From NCBI GenBank assembly GCA_051892935.1, contig JBJFGS010000031.1, forward strand, positions 68,838-132,837: DNA of 64,000 nt, written 5' to 3'. Source of the DNA: Candidatus Coprovivens sp. (lineage in GTDB: Bacteria; Bacillota_I; Bacilli_A; RF39; UBA660). Below are positions 9,909-20,307 of this stretch, piece by piece. A program made the position numbers and the translations under genes. Under the pieces are notes generated by a model that was not told where the DNA came from, ran no database searches, and was given only the letters and a program-made list of their open reading frames with translations. Position 1 is the first letter of the stretch; the number at the start of each line of letters is the position of its first letter.

Positions 9909-10385
9909 ATGAGTATTATGAATAGAAAAAACAGAAAAATTGGTATATTTTCGATACTTTGTTTTGTAGTTGGATTATCATTATATTTAGTAGGAATTAT
10001 TTTATTATTTAGTTCTTCATTAAGAAATATATCTTTATTTAGTATTTTCTTTTCTAAATTAGTATTTACTACTGAATTAATACGAAAGCTCAAAGTATTG
10101 GGAGTTATCTTATTTGTTATAGGATTTATTGTATTTATGATAGCAGTTATTTCATTATATAAAAATAATGATTCAATGGATAATCATAAGAATCTAATCA
10201 TAGAGGGGAAAGCTGATGTTATAACGTTAGTTATTATGACATATGTAATGATTTTTATGGTAGTAATATGTTTATTATATGATGAATTAATTGGTGCGTT
10301 ATTATTTGGTATTACTATTGTAATACAGACTTTATTAAATAGTTTGTTGATTTCTTATTATAGTAAAATGTATAGAAAAAAATGA
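9909..10385 (+). CDS. hypothetical 4-TM membrane protein
   Basis: Four hydrophobic segments. Confidence 0.7.
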   Translation: MSIMNRKNRKIGIFSILCFVVGLSLYLVGIILLFSSSLRNISLFSIFFSKLVFTTELIRKLKVLGVILFVIGFIVFMIAVISLYKNNDSMDNHKNLIIEGKADVITLVIMTYVMIFMVVICLLYDELIGALLFGITIVIQTLLNSLLISYYSKMYRKK

Positions 10386-10437
10386 AAAGGTATTTTATAT
10401 ATCTTTTTTTATTGTTATAATTTTATTAGGTGATAGT

Positions 10438-10794
10438 ATGGATAATAAGAATAGAATTGTTGATAAGTTTCTTGATAAATATGCTGAACGTAGTAGTAGA
10501 AAGACAGAATTAGTAAAAGTATATGTTAAACCAGCTAAGTGGAGAAGCTGTGTTGGCTTTATTATTTCAACTATATTCTTTCTTTTATTATTAACTATAT
10601 TTACTATAAAATTTTATTACTTTGTTATGTTATTTGTATCACTTATTATAGCTATTTATTATGGTATTAATTTATTTACAGAAAAAGGATTAGGGCTTCC
10701 TAGAACTATTGAAGTGGTTGTTGAAGAAGATGATTCCATAGAGGAATCAGAATTGAATAATCAAGAAAAATCTGATAGATATAAAGTACAATAA
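10438..10794 (+). CDS. hypothetical 2-TM membrane protein
   Basis: AGGTGA RBS, hydrophobic hairpin, own TGtTATAAT promoter. Confidence 0.7.
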   Translation: MDNKNRIVDKFLDKYAERSSRKTELVKVYVKPAKWRSCVGFIISTIFFLLLLTIFTIKFYYFVMLFVSLIIAIYYGINLFTEKGLGLPRTIEVVVEEDDSIEESELNNQEKSDRYKVQ

Positions 10795-10830
10795 TTATTG
10801 AAGTAGTCGATAATTATTGTACTTTTTTTT
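10784..10830 (+). terminator. long intrinsic terminator overlapping the stop codon
   Basis: agtacaataattattga-agtag-tcgataattattgtact plus T-run. Confidence 0.8.
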
Positions 10831-10863
10831 ATTTAAGGTTATAATTTATAATAGGTGAGAAAT

Positions 10864-11424
10864 ATGAATATAGGAATAGATATTGATGATACAATTACTC
10901 ATACTTATGAAACTTTACTTCCTATGGTAGCTATTAGATATGGGATGAATTTAAAAAAACTACAATTGCAAAAACCTTCATATGCAATGCTACGAAATAT
11001 GTTACCTAATTATGAAACTTTTGCATCTGAAAGTCTTCCTGTTGTGGCTAAAATTGTTCCATTAAGAGATGGTGTTATTGATGTTTTAACTAAGTTAAGA
11101 GAGCAGGGGCATAAAATAATTTTTATGACAGCACGAAATAATGCTGAATATAAGGATCCTTATAAGATAAGTCATGAATTTTTAGAAGTAAATGGTGTTC
11201 CTTATGATAAATTGTTAGTTAATATTGAAGATAAGGCTCAACAATGTATTGTAGAGAATATTGATTTATTTATAGATGATAATAATGATAATTGTCGTTT
11301 AGTTCATAAAACAGGAATTGAAACTTGGCAATTTGGTACTATATTTACTCAAAAGATTAAGGGTATTGATAGAGTTGATTCTTGGAACGAGGTCTATAAT
11401 AGAATACAAGAAATGTGTGCTTAG
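10864..11424 (+). CDS. HAD-superfamily 5'(3')-deoxyribonucleotidase-like phosphatase
   Basis: IGIDIDDT (motif I), MTAR (motif II), K, FIDD (motif IV). Confidence 0.8.
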   Translation: MNIGIDIDDTITHTYETLLPMVAIRYGMNLKKLQLQKPSYAMLRNMLPNYETFASESLPVVAKIVPLRDGVIDVLTKLREQGHKIIFMTARNNAEYKDPYKISHEFLEVNGVPYDKLLVNIEDKAQQCIVENIDLFIDDNNDNCRLVHKTGIETWQFGTIFTQKIKGIDRVDSWNEVYNRIQEMCA

Positions 11425-11503
11425 GATGATTTTATATCATCTTTTTTATTGTATTTTTTTATACAAAATGATATATTATATAATAATTTTGAGGGGGACT
11501 TTT

Positions 11504-11956
11504 ATGAAAGTTATATTTTTGGATTTTAATGGTGTTTTAGATACTTGGTTTGATATGGATAATATTAATTACGATAATTTACAACGTTTAAAATGGATAG
11601 TTGATGAAACGGATGCTAAAGTTGTTATTAGTTCTTCTATTAAAAGAAATTATGTTAGAACAGGTGTTATGGGTGGTATTTTATTAAAATTGGTAAATTG
11701 TTTGTTAGATGAAGGAATAGATGTTATTGGTGTTACTCCTAATGCTGAGACTAGAGAATATGAAATAATGATGTATTTACATGATCATCCTGAAATAGAT
11801 AATTATGTTATATTAGATGATGATTATGATATGGAAAGATTATCTGAACATTTAGTAAAATTACCTCCACAAAGTATTGGTCAGAATCAACTTGGATTGC
11901 AAAAGCATTATGCTGAAGCAGCAATTGCAATTTTGAAGAATGATTTTAAAAGATAA
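11504..11956 (+). CDS. HAD domain protein, 'Swiss Army Knife RNA repair-like' (HAD_SAK_2) family
   Basis: KVIFLDFNGVL, AKVVISSS, GVTP, REYEI, YVILDDD; GAGGGGG RBS before ATG 11504. Confidence 0.75.
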   Translation: MKVIFLDFNGVLDTWFDMDNINYDNLQRLKWIVDETDAKVVISSSIKRNYVRTGVMGGILLKLVNCLLDEGIDVIGVTPNAETREYEIMMYLHDHPEIDNYVILDDDYDMERLSEHLVKLPPQSIGQNQLGLQKHYAEAAIAILKNDFKR

Positions 11957-12026
11957 AATATTATTCTGATTTAGAATAATATTTTTTTATGGTATACTAT
12001 ATTTATTGATAAGGTAGTGTGATAGT

Positions 12027-12770
12027 ATGAATAATCGTAAAGATTTCTTTTATGGTGCTGGTTTTGATGAAGTTAATCAAAATGATCAGTCTGTAAATAA
12101 TGGTTTTAGCAATCAAAATATGCAGAATCCGAATATGCAAAATCAATTTTCTAAATCTCCGGATAATATGTTTAGTAATGCTCAACAATTTTCTAATGCT
12201 AATGAAATGTTAAGTAATCAAGGAATACCAGTTTCACAATTTCAAAGTAGTATGCCTAGTAGTGGACAAGAGTTTTCTAATAACAATAATCAATTTGTTA
12301 ATGCTCAACCTGTTAATAATTTGATTAATAACCAGAATAGAAATGTTAATAATGAAAATAAAAATGGTTTTTTAAAAGTTTTATTAATGCTTTTTTTCTT
12401 AATTGGAGTTATTTTATTGTTATTTGTTTTTGGTCATAAAACTTTATCATGCGAACAAGAAGTTGAATTATATACTTCTTCTGTAAAGATGAAGTATGAT
12501 ATAGAATACTGGTTTGGTAAGGGTACAAGTAAAAATATGATTATGGAAGTTGATTTAGTTAATTTAAATGAAAGTAGTAAAGATCTTATTATTGATGAAG
12601 TGAAAGAGTTAGCTGATTCTCTTGAAGAAGATAATACAAGTGTTAAAATAGATGAATCTGAAGAGTCTATAGTATTAACTGTAAAAAAGAAAATTTCTTT
12701 TGACGATGAAGTTGAATCATATGATAAAGAAAGAAACAATCTTTTAGATAATGAATATATTTGTAAATAA
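12027..12770 (+). CDS. hypothetical single-TM protein with N/Q-rich N-terminus
   Basis: Asn/Gln-rich region, one TM, then KTLSC...EYICK external domain. Confidence 0.7.
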   Translation: MNNRKDFFYGAGFDEVNQNDQSVNNGFSNQNMQNPNMQNQFSKSPDNMFSNAQQFSNANEMLSNQGIPVSQFQSSMPSSGQEFSNNNNQFVNAQPVNNLINNQNRNVNNENKNGFLKVLLMLFFLIGVILLLFVFGHKTLSCEQEVELYTSSVKMKYDIEYWFGKGTSKNMIMEVDLVNLNESSKDLIIDEVKELADSLEEDNTSVKIDESEESIVLTVKKKISFDDEVESYDKERNNLLDNEYICK

Positions 12771-12794
12771 GAATATTAGTTTTAAGGTGATTTT

Positions 12795-13763
12795 ATGATT
12801 ATACCAAGTTTTTTGAAAGAGAATGATATTATTGGTGTAACTGCTTGTAGTTGTGGTGTTTTAAAAAAAATAGATAAGTATGAAAAGAGTATTAAGCAAT
12901 TTGAAGATAGAGGATTTAAAGTAATTGAAACAAGTAATGTAAGAACTGCCGGTGTAGTTAGTGGCGATAAAGTAACTAGAGCTAGGGAATTAGAAAGTTT
13001 ATTTATAGATAAAAATGTCGATGCGGTAGCAATTGCTAGTGGTGGGGACTTTTTATATGATATGCTTTCAGAAGTTGATTTTGATATATTGAAAAATAAT
13101 GTTAAATGGTTAATTGGTAGTAGTGATCCAACTAGTTTACTTTATATATTAACTACTAATTACGATATAGCTACTATATATAGTCCATGTAATATGTCTG
13201 GATTAAGTAGTGAAAGTTTACATAAATCTTATTTAGATTATTTTAATATATTAAAGGGAAATTTAGTTAAACAGGAAAAATCATTATTTTTTGAAAATAA
13301 TGAGATAGATGATTTATTTGATCAACCTAATGAGTGGATTAATATAAATGGAGATGTTTTGGAAGAAGGTATTCTTATTGGGGGATGCATTGAGGTACTT
13401 AAAGATGTTATAGGAACTAAATTTGATAAGACTAATTCTTTTTTGGATAAATATAAAGATGAAGGTCTTATATGGTATTTTGATGTATTTAGTATGAGTA
13501 GTGAAAATCTTTACAATACTTTGTTGCAATTTGATAACGCAGGATGGTTTAGATATACTAATGCTATTATTATTGGTAAAGTGAGATTTCCTAGTACATT
13601 TACAGATATGAAATATGAAGATGCTATAAAAAAAGCATTATCTAATATAAAGATAGTATATAATTTTGATTTGGGTCATGTTAAGCCATCTTTTACAATG
13701 ATAAATGGTATGAAAGCTAGAGTAGTAAGTAATAGTGAAGAAGGATATATGGAGTTTTTATAG
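12795..13763 (+). CDS. S66 peptidase (LD-carboxypeptidase/MccF-like)
   Basis: IGVTACS, SGGD, GSSDPT (catalytic Ser), LIGGC, DLGHVKP. Confidence 0.88.
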   Translation: MIIPSFLKENDIIGVTACSCGVLKKIDKYEKSIKQFEDRGFKVIETSNVRTAGVVSGDKVTRARELESLFIDKNVDAVAIASGGDFLYDMLSEVDFDILKNNVKWLIGSSDPTSLLYILTTNYDIATIYSPCNMSGLSSESLHKSYLDYFNILKGNLVKQEKSLFFENNEIDDLFDQPNEWININGDVLEEGILIGGCIEVLKDVIGTKFDKTNSFLDKYKDEGLIWYFDVFSMSSENLYNTLLQFDNAGWFRYTNAIIIGKVRFPSTFTDMKYEDAIKKALSNIKIVYNFDLGHVKPSFTMINGMKARVVSNSEEGYMEFL

Positions 13764-13820
13764 TATATATTGATAAATTATGAAAAGATTATGAAAAATT
13801 ATTAATCTTTTTTTTATTTC

Positions 13821-13871
13821 TTGCATATATTATATGTCGGAGGTATAATTTAATAGTTCGTTATCGAACTA
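13821..13871 (+). promoter_or_regulatory. sigma-A promoter with probable MarR operator
   Basis: TTGCAT (13821-13826), 17 bp, TATAAT (13844-13849); perfect inverted repeat TAGTTCG-ttat-CGAACTA (13854-13871) over the transcription start. Confidence 0.75.
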
Positions 13872-13886
13872 GTTTGGGTGAGTTGT

Positions 13887-14318
13887 ATGGAGAAGTTGTC
13901 TATAATTCATGAAATAAAAAAAATTAATGGTGATATATTTCGTGGTATTTCTAATAGATATAAAAGAATGAATGTTGAAATAACACCGATGCATGCTAAA
14001 ATTTTAATAACGATTTATAGAAGTAATACTCCATTGTGTCAAAAAGATTTGGAAGGACCTATCTCTTGCAATAAGTCAACTTTATCATCAATTATCTCTA
14101 CTATGGAAAAGAATGGTTTATTATCGAGACAAGTAAGTGAAACAGATTCAAGAATAAATTATTTGGTGTTAACAAGTAAGGGATTGGAAATGGTTGATTT
14201 TTTAAGAGAAGATAGAGCTTTTACTGAAGAAGTTTTAACTTATGGAATTTCAAATAGTGAATATACAACTTTTATGCAAGTGGTCGATAAGATTAGAAAG
14301 AATATAGAAAGGATTTAG
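13887..14318 (+). CDS. MarR family transcriptional regulator
   Basis: QKDLE...KSTLSSII..MEKNGLLSR...DSRINYLVLTSKG. Confidence 0.9.
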   Translation: MEKLSIIHEIKKINGDIFRGISNRYKRMNVEITPMHAKILITIYRSNTPLCQKDLEGPISCNKSTLSSIISTMEKNGLLSRQVSETDSRINYLVLTSKGLEMVDFLREDRAFTEEVLTYGISNSEYTTFMQVVDKIRKNIERI

Positions 14319-14322
14319 AATT

Positions 14323-16083
14323 ATGTTTAAATTGTTTAAAAATTTGACAAAGAGGGAATTAATATATGCTTTAATTTGTATATGTTTAGTTGCAGTATCT
14401 GTATGGTTAGAATTAAAAGTTCCTGATTATATGAGTACCATTACTCAACTTGTACAAACTGAAGGAAGCAAAATGTCCGAAATATTAGAACAAGGTGCTT
14501 ATATGATATGTTGTGCTTTTGCAGGATTAATCTGTAGTGCTATTGTTGGATATTTTGCAGCTAGAGTTGCTTCTAGTTTTTCAGCTAATATAAGGAAGAA
14601 AATATTTGAAAAAGTTGAAAACATGGGAATTGCTGAAATAAAAAAATTCTCTACTAGTAGTTTAATTACAAGAACTACTAATGATGTTACTCAAGTAGAA
14701 ATGCTAATAGGTATGGGGTTACAAGCAATGGTTAAAGCTCCTATAATGGCAGTATGTGCTGTTATGAAAATTTTAAATAAGGGGCTTGAATGGTCTATTC
14801 TTACGGCTTGTTGTGTGGCAATGCTATTGTTTGTAGTTATTTGTTTGATGATTATTGTATTGCCTAGATTTGAAAAAGTTCAAAAATTAATTGATAAGAT
14901 TAATGGGGTTACTAGAGAAAACTTGTCTGGTATTAGAGTAATAAGAGCTTTTAACGCAGAAAAGTATCAAACTAATAAGTTTAAGAAAGTAAATGATGAT
15001 TTAACAGAAATGCAATTATTTAATCAAAGATGTTTTTCTGTTATGAATCCTGTTATGAATTTAGTAATGCATAGTTTAACATTAGGAATTTATATAATAG
15101 GTGCATTTTTGATTCAAGAAGCTGGAATGTTAGACAAAATTACTTTATTTAGTAATATGGTAGTTTTTTCTAGTTATGGAATGCAAGTTATTATGTCGTT
15201 TTTAATGTTAGCAATGATATTTATGATGGTACCTAGAGCACAAATATCTGCAAGACGTATTAATGAAGTGTTAGATGAAGAAATAACTATTGTAGATGGA
15301 GAATTTGATGGTGAAACAAATGAAGTTGGAACTGTTGAATTTAAGAATGTTTCATTTAAATATCCAGATGCAGATGAATATATTTTGAAAAACATTTCAT
15401 TTAAAGTTAATAAAGGTGAAACCATTGCATTTATAGGTTCTACTGGTAGTGGTAAATCAACCCTTATTAATTTAGTACCAAGATTTTATGATGCTACAGA
15501 TGGTGAAGTATTAGTAGATGGTATTAACGTTAAAGATTATAAACAAGAAGCTTTACATAATAAGTTAGGATATGTTCCACAAAAAGCAGTTATGTTTACA
15601 GGTACTGTAGAAAGTAATGTAACTTACGGGGATAATGGAAAAGGTGAAATATCTTTAGATAAAGTAAAAGAAGCTGTTGAAGTTGCTCAAGGAACTGACT
15701 TTGTTTCAAAAATGGATAAACAGTATGAAGCTCATATTGCGCGTGGAGGTACTAATGTATCTGGTGGACAAAAACAAAGACTAGCTATTGCGAGAGCTAT
15801 TGCAAGAGATCCAGAAATATATATTTTTGATGATTCTTTTTCAGCTTTAGATTATAAGACTGATGCAGTATTAAGAAAGGAATTAAAAAAATATACAAAA
15901 GATGCAACAAGTATAATTGTTGCTCAAAGAATAGGAACAATTATTAATGCTGATAAAATAGTTGTTCTTGATGAAGGTGAATGTGTTGGAATAGGAACTC
16001 ATAAAGAGTTACTTAAAAATTGTAAAGTATATAAAGAAATTGCTTTATCACAATTATCAAAGGAGGAATTGGAAGATGCCTAG
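14323..16083 (+). CDS. heterodimeric ABC multidrug-type exporter, subunit 1
   Basis: 6-TM domain plus NBD: GSTGSGKS, VSGGQKQR, degenerate Walker B FDDS, Q in the H-switch. Confidence 0.92.
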   Translation: MFKLFKNLTKRELIYALICICLVAVSVWLELKVPDYMSTITQLVQTEGSKMSEILEQGAYMICCAFAGLICSAIVGYFAARVASSFSANIRKKIFEKVENMGIAEIKKFSTSSLITRTTNDVTQVEMLIGMGLQAMVKAPIMAVCAVMKILNKGLEWSILTACCVAMLLFVVICLMIIVLPRFEKVQKLIDKINGVTRENLSGIRVIRAFNAEKYQTNKFKKVNDDLTEMQLFNQRCFSVMNPVMNLVMHSLTLGIYIIGAFLIQEAGMLDKITLFSNMVVFSSYGMQVIMSFLMLAMIFMMVPRAQISARRINEVLDEEITIVDGEFDGETNEVGTVEFKNVSFKYPDADEYILKNISFKVNKGETIAFIGSTGSGKSTLINLVPRFYDATDGEVLVDGINVKDYKQEALHNKLGYVPQKAVMFTGTVESNVTYGDNGKGEISLDKVKEAVEVAQGTDFVSKMDKQYEAHIARGGTNVSGGQKQRLAIARAIARDPEIYIFDDSFSALDYKTDAVLRKELKKYTKDATSIIVAQRIGTIINADKIVVLDEGECVGIGTHKELLKNCKVYKEIALSQLSKEELEDA

Positions 16084-18247
16084 ACCTGGTGGACCTGGAC
16101 CTAGAGCTACTGAAAAATCAAAAGATTTTAAAGGCTCTATGTTGAGATTATTTAAAAATTTAAAACCATGGAAATATATCATGGGTTTAGCATTATGTCT
16201 TGCAATGATTAGTGCTATTTTTTCTTTAGTTGCTCCTGATAAACTTTCAGATTTTACAGATACTATTACAGAAGGGATTTCTCCAAATATTGAAAAATTA
16301 CGAGAAGTTGGTGAAGCGATAGGAGAAAATATGGCTTCTGTAGATATGCAAGCTAAAATGGATACTCTTTTTAATGAAGTTAATATGACACAAGATGAAA
16401 AGATAGAAGTTCAAAATATCTTTAGTAAAATGATGATAGCTAAAGATGATGATGAATTAAGTAAATTAATGTTGTCTTTGTCTGATAAGGTATTAGTTTA
16501 TTTATTAGAAGATATTATAATTGATGGTTCTTCTATTAGTTCTGATGATCAGGTTAAATTACTTAGATTATCTAGTGAAATGGGAGATGAAACAGGAACG
16601 GAGAAAGCATTAGGATTAATTGATGAATTGCCTGATTCTATTTATAGTTTGGTAAGACCTTCTATAGATATGGAAAAAATAAAATCAATTGCTTTATTAA
16701 TGGGGATTCTTTATCTTTTAAGTTCTTTATTCAATTTTATTCAGGGCTTTTCTCTTACAACTGTTTCAAATAGATTTGCTAATAAATTAAGAAATAGTAT
16801 AAGTAGTAAGATAAATAAGTTACCTTTAAAATATTTTGATACTCATGAAAATGGTGATGTATTATCAAGAGTTACTAATGATGTTGATACTGTTGCTCAA
16901 AATTTAAATAATAGTCTTGCTACACTTGTAACTAGTATTACATTATTTTTAGGATCTATAATAATGATGTTTGTTACTAATTGGATTATGGCTATTACAG
17001 CTATTTTATCCAGTATTTTGGGATTTGTGTTAATGTTTACAATTCTTGCTAAATCACAGAAGTATTTTAATCAAAAACAAGAAGCTCTAGGAGAAATGAA
17101 TGGATATATTGAGGAGATGTATTCAGGTCATAATGTAGTAAAAGCTTATAATGGTACTAAAGAAGCTTTCAATGAATTTAATAGAATTAATAATAAGTTA
17201 TACGATACAAATAAGAAAAGTCAGTTCTTATCAGGACTTATGCATCCTATAATGGGTTTTATTGGTAATTTTGGTTATGTAATGGTTTGTATAGTTGGTG
17301 GATTATTAACAATGAATAATATTATTTCATTTGGTGTTATTGTTGCATTTATGATTTATGTAAGATTATTTACAAATCCACTTTCGCAAATTGCTCAAGC
17401 TATGAGTAGTTTGCAATCGACAGCTGCAGCATCAGAAAGAGTGTTTGAGTTCTTAGATGAAAAGGAAATGCCTTCACAGGATGATATGAAAAAAAGATTG
17501 AATAGATCTAAAGTAAAAGGAGAAATAGAATTTAAACATGTTAAATTCGGTTATGATGCAGGTCGAACTATAATAAAGGATTTTAGTGTTAATGTTAAAC
17601 CTGGTCAAAAAATAGCTATAGTAGGACCTACTGGTGCTGGAAAAACAACTATGGTTAATTTACTTATGAAGTTTTATGATATTAATAATGGTCAAATTTT
17701 AATAGATGGTGTTTCAACTAGTGAATTGACTAGAGAAAATATACATGATTTATTTATTATGGTTTTACAAGATACTTGGTTATTTGAAGGTAGTATTAGA
17801 GATAATATAAAATTTAATAATGAGGATGTAACTGATAGAGAAATCTGGGAAGCATTAAGAGTTGTTGGGGTTGATCATTTTGTTAAAACATTACCTGGTG
17901 CATTAGATTATGTAATTAGTGATAATGATACTATCAGCCAAGGTCAAAAGCAGTTACTTACTATTGCGCGTGGTATGATTGAAGACGCTCCGTTCTTAAT
18001 ATTAGATGAAGCAACAAGTAATGTTGATACAAGAACTGAGGAATTAGTACAAAAAGCGATGGATAAATTAACAGAAGGTAGGACTTCATTTATAATTGCT
18101 CATAGATTATCAACAATTAAAAATGCTGATGTAATTTTAGTAATGAATGAAGGAAATATAATTGAACAAGGAAGTCACGAAGAATTAATGAAACTTGGTG
18201 GATTCTATGAGAAGTTATATAATAGTCAATTTGAAAAGACAATTTAG
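16076..18247 (+). CDS. heterodimeric ABC exporter, subunit 2
   Basis: GPTGAGKT, ISQGQKQL, LDEATS, IAHRLST; GGAGG RBS before ATG 16076. Confidence 0.92.
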   Translation: MPRPGGPGPRATEKSKDFKGSMLRLFKNLKPWKYIMGLALCLAMISAIFSLVAPDKLSDFTDTITEGISPNIEKLREVGEAIGENMASVDMQAKMDTLFNEVNMTQDEKIEVQNIFSKMMIAKDDDELSKLMLSLSDKVLVYLLEDIIIDGSSISSDDQVKLLRLSSEMGDETGTEKALGLIDELPDSIYSLVRPSIDMEKIKSIALLMGILYLLSSLFNFIQGFSLTTVSNRFANKLRNSISSKINKLPLKYFDTHENGDVLSRVTNDVDTVAQNLNNSLATLVTSITLFLGSIIMMFVTNWIMAITAILSSILGFVLMFTILAKSQKYFNQKQEALGEMNGYIEEMYSGHNVVKAYNGTKEAFNEFNRINNKLYDTNKKSQFLSGLMHPIMGFIGNFGYVMVCIVGGLLTMNNIISFGVIVAFMIYVRLFTNPLSQIAQAMSSLQSTAAASERVFEFLDEKEMPSQDDMKKRLNRSKVKGEIEFKHVKFGYDAGRTIIKDFSVNVKPGQKIAIVGPTGAGKTTMVNLLMKFYDINNGQILIDGVSTSELTRENIHDLFIMVLQDTWLFEGSIRDNIKFNNEDVTDREIWEALRVVGVDHFVKTLPGALDYVISDNDTISQGQKQLLTIARGMIEDAPFLILDEATSNVDTRTEELVQKAMDKLTEGRTSFIIAHRLSTIKNADVILVMNEGNIIEQGSHEELMKLGGFYEKLYNSQFEKTI

Positions 18248-18293
18248 GATTGTCTTTTTTATGTTATAATTAATGTATGATAGGATGTTATTT

Positions 18294-19085
18294 ATGAATG
18301 AGAAATTTATAGAATTAAGAAAACAGTATTATTATTCAGTTTTAAGTGTTTCTCCGGAGATGCTTTATTCAATATTACCATCTCCTAGTTTTACTAATTT
18401 TTTAGATATAATGAAAGGTGTTATTGAATCATTAGATGAAGAGATAATGTATTATTTTAATGAGTTACGAAGTACTCTTGATGAAGAAGATAAACAATTA
18501 TATATAAATGAATTAAATGACATACAAAAAAAACGAAAAATATGTGAGAAGATTTTAAGTGATTCTTATACTATTTCAACAGAAGAAAAAGTTGACGAAA
18601 CTAAAAAAATAAATATAATATTCGGTGTAACTCCGAGTGGTTCTATTGCTTTTTTAAATGATTTAAAGAGAAATATAGATGAACATTATTATGAAGAGAT
18701 AATTGAATTGCTTGATCAGTTAGAAAATGGAGAACTAGTAAATAATCAAGAAAAAGTTAGAAGATTTAATTCTAATAATAGTAAATTATCTGGATTAATG
18801 GAGTTAAAAGGTTTTCAAATAAGATTGTTATTTAGGCAATTACCCAAAAATATTATTTATATTGATATGGTTAGAATTAAGAAAGATGACAGAGTTACTA
18901 AAGATTTTCAAGAGCCGATTAGAAGAATGACATTGTTGACTCAGGATTTTGAAAGTAAAAAAAGAAGAATAAAAAATAATGATAAAGTAGATGAATTGAT
19001 AATAGAAGGTGAAGAAATGATGGCTACAGTTAGGCGTTTCTTAGAAGAATCACTAAAAAAAAGGAGAGGTAAAAATGGAGAATAG
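18294..19085 (+). CDS. hypothetical protein with a C-terminal RelE/ParE(Gp49)-like segment
   Basis: KLSGLMELKGFQIRLLFR...IYIDMVRIKK resembles the RelE-fold GLxELR..RILY..KK signature. Confidence 0.55.
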   Translation: MNEKFIELRKQYYYSVLSVSPEMLYSILPSPSFTNFLDIMKGVIESLDEEIMYYFNELRSTLDEEDKQLYINELNDIQKKRKICEKILSDSYTISTEEKVDETKKINIIFGVTPSGSIAFLNDLKRNIDEHYYEEIIELLDQLENGELVNNQEKVRRFNSNNSKLSGLMELKGFQIRLLFRQLPKNIIYIDMVRIKKDDRVTKDFQEPIRRMTLLTQDFESKKRRIKNNDKVDELIIEGEEMMATVRRFLEESLKKRRGKNGE

Positions 19086-19353
19086 TATAAAGTCTAAATT
19101 ATTAGAGATAAAGAAAAATACTGTTGTTCTTCAAACATATTCTTCTTATGTTGTTACTTTATCTGATATTTTTTTAAAAGATATTTCGTTATTTAAATTA
19201 GTTTGTGATACGTATGGATTAGAAGCTGATGATATCTTTGCATTATTAAAAAGTGGAGATATAAAGTGTATTCCTTTACTTGATGAAATAGTACAATTTT
19301 GTGTTTTAGTTAATGAAAAAAAAGATACTAAAGATATTGAATTTAGACGTTAG
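19075..19353 (+). CDS. small hypothetical protein, translationally coupled (possible antitoxin/HTH)
   Basis: Overlaps the end of the upstream gene; GGAGAGG RBS; helical 92 aa. Confidence 0.65.
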   Translation: MENSIKSKLLEIKKNTVVLQTYSSYVVTLSDIFLKDISLFKLVCDTYGLEADDIFALLKSGDIKCIPLLDEIVQFCVLVNEKKDTKDIEFRR

Positions 19354-19403
19354 ATTTATCTAATGTTTTTTTTATGATATAATGTTTTTAGGATTGTGAT
19401 GAT

Positions 19404-20240
19404 ATGAAGAAAGTAAATGTTAAAGATGTTGATGTAGTTGAAAATGAAATTACTTTAAAAAAATTAAATATTAAAAAGATATTAATTATAATATTAATGG
19501 TTATTGTAACTTTAGTTGGACTCTTTTTTTGGTCTACTAAAGTGAGGTGGAATGCTGAGATAGAAGATTATTATGAAGTATTGTATTATGGTCAAGAAAG
19601 TATAAAAATTGATGAATTAACTAATTTTTATGGAGAACAAATAGAATCTAGTGTTGATAGTACAGAAGCATTATTGATGTATTGTAGTAGTGAATATGGA
19701 AAAAAATGTATAACAGGAGATTTTAATGATAGTTTTGAAAACTTATTAAGAAACCCTAGTATAGTAATAAATATTGTTATTTTAATTGATTTAGTATTAC
19801 TATTTATATTATTTAAAGATAAATATGTATCTAAAGTATGTTCTTATATATTGTTTATTTTGATATTAGTATTAGGTTTATTTAATGTTGGTAAAGTTAT
19901 TTTTAATTTTGCAAATTATTATTCATTTGTTAATGATACTGAATATGTTGTTGAGGGAGAAATAATAGGTCAATTGGTAACTAATAATGATAGTGAGTTT
20001 TATCCAGTAGTAAAGTATACTACTGAACAAGGAGAATTTATTACTTATATAGAATCTTCTTTGGATGGTCAATTAGATAGTTTTAATTCTAATAAAATAA
20101 CTATATATTATGATAAGATTGATAATAGTCTTTGTACTATAAAAGAAAGTTTAATTAAGTATTTATTGCCGTTAATAGTTGGAATTTTATATATAATATT
20201 GTCTATATTTTATTTTATAGTTATAAGAAAGAATAATTAA
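19404..20240 (+). CDS. hypothetical multi-TM membrane protein with DUF3592-like domain
   Basis: Four hydrophobic segments; GEII...YPVVKYTT...ITIYYD. Confidence 0.7.
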   Translation: MKKVNVKDVDVVENEITLKKLNIKKILIIILMVIVTLVGLFFWSTKVRWNAEIEDYYEVLYYGQESIKIDELTNFYGEQIESSVDSTEALLMYCSSEYGKKCITGDFNDSFENLLRNPSIVINIVILIDLVLLFILFKDKYVSKVCSYILFILILVLGLFNVGKVIFNFANYYSFVNDTEYVVEGEIIGQLVTNNDSEFYPVVKYTTEQGEFITYIESSLDGQLDSFNSNKITIYYDKIDNSLCTIKESLIKYLLPLIVGILYIILSIFYFIVIRKNN

Positions 20241-20307
20241 ATGGTGGTGTTCAATCACCTTTTTTTGTGATATAATTTATTAATAATAGGATAGTGGGTT
20301 GATTAAC

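Noticed and set aside
11318-11503. 62-aa N-terminal extension of the HAD_SAK ORF in the ORF track
   Set aside because: It overlaps the upstream gene and its terminator/promoter; the RBS and motif I support a start at 11504.
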